A stretch of DNA of 64,000 nt. It comes from Acidimicrobiales bacterium. GTDB lineage: Bacteria > Actinomycetota > Acidimicrobiia > Acidimicrobiales > Bog-793. The number at the start of each line of letters is the position of its first letter. Positions within the stretch are counted from its first letter, which is position 1. Both the position numbers and the translations under genes were made by a program. The stretch lies in contig DATGLP010000024.1 of NCBI GenBank assembly GCA_035294085.1, forward strand, positions 1,061 to 65,060, in the 5' to 3' direction. The notes under the pieces were generated by a model. It had not been told where the DNA came from. It ran no database searches and saw only the letters and a list, made by a program, of their open reading frames with translations. This document shows positions 60,248 to 64,000 of this stretch, piece after piece.

Positions 60248-60856
60248 GTGGTCGAGCTGCCCGAGCCGCTGCCAACCTTCGACGTCGTGCGCGACGCCGC
60301 GTGCGACGTCGAGCACGGCCCCGGATCGCTCGCGGACCTCGTCGCCGCTGCCCAGGCCGGCGACAGCCGCGCCTGGGAGTCCCTCTACCGCTCCCTCTAC
60401 CCGCGCCTCGTCGCCTTCGCCCGGCGCGGCCTCGGTCCCGACGAGGCCCGGGACGCCGTCTCGGAGGCGATGATCCGCGCCGTCGCCGGGATCCACCGCT
60501 TCCGGTGGCGCGGCGGCGGCTTCGAGGGCTGGCTGTTCGCCATCTTGCGCAACGTCATCGCCGACCGCTGGCGCCGCGGCGAGCGCGAGCGTGCCGCGCT
60601 CCAGCGCGCGCGCGACGAGCGCGACGAGCACGACCTCGCCGAGCGCCTCGTCGCGAGCGACGAGGCGCGCTCGGTGCGCGCCGCGTTCCTCCGCCTCACC
60701 GACGCGGACCAGGAGCTGCTCTACCTGCGCGTCGTCCTCGGCCTGAGCGCCGAGGCCGTGGGGACCGTGCTCGGGAAACGACCCGGGGCCGTCCGCATGG
60801 CCCAGGCGCGGGCGCTCGAGCGCCTGCGCCGGCACCTCGCGGAGACTGAGCCATGA
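60248..60856 (+). CDS. ECF-type RNA polymerase sigma factor
   Basis: Region 2 (AWESLYRSLYPRLVAFARR...FEGWLFAILRNVIADRWR) and region 4 (LLYLRVVLGLSAEAVGTVLGKRPGAVRMAQARALERLR). Start uncertain (GTG 60248 or 60287). Confidence 0.8.
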   Translation: MVELPEPLPTFDVVRDAACDVEHGPGSLADLVAAAQAGDSRAWESLYRSLYPRLVAFARRGLGPDEARDAVSEAMIRAVAGIHRFRWRGGGFEGWLFAILRNVIADRWRRGERERAALQRARDERDEHDLAERLVASDEARSVRAAFLRLTDADQELLYLRVVLGLSAEAVGTVLGKRPGAVRMAQARALERLRRHLAETEP

Positions 60857-61590
60857 GGGCTCGCGAGCGCAGCGAGCTCGCCGCGTCGCTCGAGCGCGCG
60901 CTGCGGGCGCCGGCGGACCGGCCGTCGAGCGAGGAGCTGGCCCGCTTGCGCGCCGCGCTGGAGGTCGTCCCCCTCCTCGCCGCGAGCAGCACGCCTGGCG
61001 CGAGGCGGGCGCCCCGGCTCCTCGTCGCCGCGGTGCTCGCCTGCCTCGCGGCGCTCGCCGTCGCCGCCGCCCGCCCGCCGCTGCCGACGCCGCTTCGCGC
61101 CCTCGCCGTCTCGATCGGCCTGCCCGTTGACGACGCAGCGGTGGCCGCGGTGAAGGGGCGCATCGCCGCCCTCGAGGCGGCGCTCGTCGAGCGCGACCCG
61201 CGCCGGGCTCGATCCGCCGCCGCCGCCCTGCGCGCGAGCCTCGGACGCCTCTCGCGAGGCGACGAGGCGAAGGTCCAGCCCGAGGCCGGGCGCATCCTCG
61301 CGCTCGCCGAGCAGCTCCTCGCGGCCAGCGGGGCGCCCGAGACCGGGGGCACGCCGCCACCGACGAGCTCGCCGCCACCGAGGAGCACCGTGGCACCGTC
61401 GGCGAGCACGCCGTCCGTCACGCTCCCGCCCGGGAGCGGGCACGGCGAACTCGGCGACCGGCCCACGGGCGGCACCGACGACGGCGCACGCCTCAGCGGC
61501 GCCAGCGCCACGAGGCGGCCCGGCGGGGACAGCGCCGACGGGGCCGCGCCGGCCACCGACCGCACGGGCCCGATCGCTGGGGACGACTGA
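60853..61590 (+). CDS. putative anti-sigma factor / single-pass membrane protein
   Basis: ATG overlaps the sigma TGA (ATGA). One TM helix (LLVAAVLACLAALAVAAA) and a Pro/Ser/Thr-rich tail. No zinc-finger motif. Confidence 0.45.
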   Translation: MRARERSELAASLERALRAPADRPSSEELARLRAALEVVPLLAASSTPGARRAPRLLVAAVLACLAALAVAAARPPLPTPLRALAVSIGLPVDDAAVAAVKGRIAALEAALVERDPRRARSAAAALRASLGRLSRGDEAKVQPEAGRILALAEQLLAASGAPETGGTPPPTSSPPPRSTVAPSASTPSVTLPPGSGHGELGDRPTGGTDDGARLSGASATRRPGGDSADGAAPATDRTGPIAGDD

Positions 61591-61709
61591 GGTGCCCTTT
61601 CGGGCAGACTCGGCGCTCGCGCGTGACGCGACGGTGGCCACCACGTTGAGGACGGCGACCGAGGCGACGCCCTCGGCAGGGACGGCGGAGCGACGGATCG
61701 GGGGCAGGC

Positions 61710-63161
61710 GTGGACGGGAAGCGTTGGGCGCAGGCGGTCGTCGTGGCGGGCGCGCTGCTCGCGACAGCAGTCACGGCGCCGGGAAGCTCGGGTAGCACGC
61801 CGGGTCGGCCGCGTGGGCACACGGGACACCCGCGCTCGCCGCACGCCGCGGTCGTGCGCGGGGTCGTCGTGGCGCGCGAGGCGCCACGGCGGGTCCTCGT
61901 GCTCGCCACTCCGTCCGGCCTCGTGCGCACGCTGCGCGTCCGCGCGCTGCGCGAGACGGTGGGCGCCGCGCTCGTCGCGCGGGTGCTGCCGCTCGCCGAC
62001 GGCACCTACCGCACCCTCGCCCTCGCAGCGCACGGTCGTGCGCACCGGGCGCGGCTGCGAGCCACGATCGTGCGCGCCTGGCCGGACAGGCTCCTCGTCT
62101 CCGCCGGCGGCAGCGACTTCGCGATCGCTCGCCCCCGGCTGCGCGCCCTCGCGTCGAGGCTCGCCGGGACCCCGGGCCAGCCGAGCACCGGCGAGGTCGT
62201 CGACATCGCCGTGTCGATCGGGGCCCAGGGCGCCGAGGCGCTGCACCTCCAGCAGGTCGGCCAGACCTCGGTCCTCGAGCTCGACGGCGTCCTGTCCGCC
62301 GTCGGGTCCCAGAGCCTCGTCCTCGCCGTGAACGAGGGCGCGCTCACGACGGTCGAGATCCCCCCGAGCCTCACCCTCCCGCCGACGTTCGTCGTCGGTG
62401 ACCAGGTCGAGCTCCTCGTCGCCTACGCCAACCAGTCGTTCAGCCTCATCACCATCAAGGACAACGGCGCCGCGGCGGCCCAGGCGGCGACCGGGGTGAG
62501 CCAGTCGGGCGACGGCGAGAGCGAAGGCGTCGAGGTGGAGGGGGTGCTGACGTCCTACAGCGCCTCGAGCGTCGTCATCCAGCCCGGCGACGGCGCGGCG
62601 CCCGTCACCCTCGCCGTGCCCCCGAACCTCGCGCTGCCCGCCGGCCTCGGGATCGGGGCACGCGTCGCCGCGACGGGCCAGCTGGTGGGCGGAGTCCTCA
62701 CCCTCGAGCGCCTCGAGGTCCGCACCGGTGAGGGAGAGGCGAGCGACGCCACGAAGGTGGAGGGCGTGGTGAGCTCGGTCGGCCCCACCACCCTCGTGGT
62801 CCAGCCCGCCGACGGCGGCGCGGCGGTCACCTTCGCCGTCCCGGCCGGCTTCGACCTCACGGGCATCGTCCCGGGCGTGACCGTGCGTGCCGAGGGGAGG
62901 TCGGTGAACGGCACCCTCACCCTCCAGGGCGTCGAGGTGCCCGAGGCCGACCGCGTCCACGTCAGCGGCACCGTCGTGACCGTCGACGCCTCGACGCTCG
63001 TCGTCCAGCCCGGCGACGGCGGCGCGGCGGTCACCTTCGCCGTCCCGGCCGGCTTCGACCTCTCGGGCGTGACGGCGGGCATGGCCGTCGAGGCGAGGGG
63101 GGTCCTCGCCAACGGCTCCCCGCTGCTCACCGAGGTGCAGGCGGGCGGCACCGACGACTGA
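61710..63161 (+). CDS. secreted protein with four DUF5666-like repeat modules
   Basis: Signal peptide (AVVVAGALLATAVTAPG). Modules of about 68 aa repeat (VEGVVSSVGPTTLVVQPADGGAAVTFAVPAGFDL...). Confidence 0.7.
   Translation: MDGKRWAQAVVVAGALLATAVTAPGSSGSTPGRPRGHTGHPRSPHAAVVRGVVVAREAPRRVLVLATPSGLVRTLRVRALRETVGAALVARVLPLADGTYRTLALAAHGRAHRARLRATIVRAWPDRLLVSAGGSDFAIARPRLRALASRLAGTPGQPSTGEVVDIAVSIGAQGAEALHLQQVGQTSVLELDGVLSAVGSQSLVLAVNEGALTTVEIPPSLTLPPTFVVGDQVELLVAYANQSFSLITIKDNGAAAAQAATGVSQSGDGESEGVEVEGVLTSYSASSVVIQPGDGAAPVTLAVPPNLALPAGLGIGARVAATGQLVGGVLTLERLEVRTGEGEASDATKVEGVVSSVGPTTLVVQPADGGAAVTFAVPAGFDLTGIVPGVTVRAEGRSVNGTLTLQGVEVPEADRVHVSGTVVTVDASTLVVQPGDGGAAVTFAVPAGFDLSGVTAGMAVEARGVLANGSPLLTEVQAGGTDD
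62575..63067 (+). repeat. intragenic tandem repeat (period about 204 nt) inside the DUF5666-like gene
   Basis: 62793-62863 and 62997-63067 match at 68 of 71 nt. A more diverged copy lies near 62575-62640. Confidence 0.85.
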
Positions 63162-63241
63162 GCGGCGGCGCCGGGACGACCCGGCGCGGGCGCTCCTCGA
63201 GCGAGGCGGACGCGCGCCGTCGCGCCAGCGGACGCCGCTTC

Positions 63242-63976
63242 TCAGGGGGCGAGCCCGGTGAACGCGACCTGGTCGGCGATGTCCCGCAGCTTGAGGTTGA
63301 GCCGCTGCGAGGCCCGCCGCAGCCGGTCGAACGCCTGGTCGGCGGTGATGCCCTCGCGCGCCATCAGGATCCCCTTCGCCTGGCCGATGACGTCGCGCGA
63401 CCGGAGCGCCTCCTCGAGCTGCTCCTGGCGGAGCTTCGCCGCGAGGACGAGCGCCCCGTGGGTCGCGAGGAGCAGGCCGATCGAGACGCTCTCCTTCGTG
63501 AGCGCTGCCGCCCTCCCCGCCGAGACGGTGAGCGTCCCGATGGTGCGCTCGTCGCTGCCCACCGAGGCGCGCCCGTCGGCGCGCACGGCGCGGCGCTCCT
63601 CGACGAAGAGGCGGAAGGCGGCGATGCAGCGCACGTCGCCCGACGCGCTCGCCCTCGCGCTGAAGCGGTGCCAGCGGCCGTCGCTGCGCAGGTCGTCGGC
63701 GACGACGAACGTCTCCGTCGCGGCGTCGCGCGTCGGCCCCTCCCCCACCTCTTCCTGGAGCGCCTCGAGGCGCGTCGCGGTCTCGCTCGAGGCGACCCGG
63801 ACCGTGCTGTGGCGCGCCCGGACCACCGAGACGCTCGCGTGCTCGCAGCCGTCGATCGTGGCGACCGCCAGGCCCACGACGCGCTCGAGCGCCGAGGCGA
63901 GGTCTGGCTCGGCGAGGAGGGCGCGCGCCATCCGAGCGAACGAGCCAGCCGGTTCCAGGTCGAACAGGTCACCCAT
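63242..63976 (-). CDS. GAF and ANTAR domain-containing regulator
   Basis: N-terminal GAF-like region and C-terminal ANTAR (IGQAKGILMAREGITADQAFDRLRRASQRLNLKLRDIA). Confidence 0.85.
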   Translation of the reverse strand: MGDLFDLEPAGSFARMARALLAEPDLASALERVVGLAVATIDGCEHASVSVVRARHSTVRVASSETATRLEALQEEVGEGPTRDAATETFVVADDLRSDGRWHRFSARASASGDVRCIAAFRLFVEERRAVRADGRASVGSDERTIGTLTVSAGRAAALTKESVSIGLLLATHGALVLAAKLRQEQLEEALRSRDVIGQAKGILMAREGITADQAFDRLRRASQRLNLKLRDIADQVAFTGLAP

Positions 63977-64000
63977 TGCTACCCCACCGCTGGTCGTTCG

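Noticed and set aside
60142-60849. 235-aa ORF (MAETRRRSAGRR...) overlapping the ECF sigma gene
   Set aside because: Arg-rich alternative frame. The other frame carries clear sigma region 2 and region 4 motifs.

Overview
Very GC-rich window (by eye about 70% or more), densely packed with core housekeeping genes. The synteny is actinobacterial: pdtaR-polA-rpsA-coaE-uvrB-uvrA, uvrC-rapZ-yvcK...gap-pgk-tpiA-secG, infC-rpmI-rplT-trmH-pheS-pheT, rimP-nusA-ylxR-infB-rbfA-truB-ribF, and a fabD-fabH-fabG-acpP-fabF fatty-acid operon. There are three tRNAs: Leu-GAG, Leu-CAA and Cys-GCA. I saw no CRISPR array, transposase, integrase, phage gene or recognisable defence system. Most long ORFs in the six-frame track are antisense or out-of-frame artefacts of high GC. 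Many true starts are internal GTG, TTG or CTG codons that overlap the upstream stop. The items most worth a second look are:
- a nadA-motif (NAD+-I riboswitch)-like ACANCCCC-bulge structure directly upstream of nadA
- an uninterrupted fmt-rpe reading frame
- a FabD with a lysine-less biotinyl/lipoyl-like C-terminal domain
- a strong intrinsic terminator inside the rimP-nusA-infB leader
- an infC that appears to start at ATC
- a SARP/BTAD-type regulator with an unrecognised N-terminal domain
- an ECF sigma / anti-sigma / DUF5666-repeat cassette
- loss of whiA from the conserved rapZ-yvcK-whiA cluster
All calls come from reading the sequence and remembered family motifs. No searches were run.
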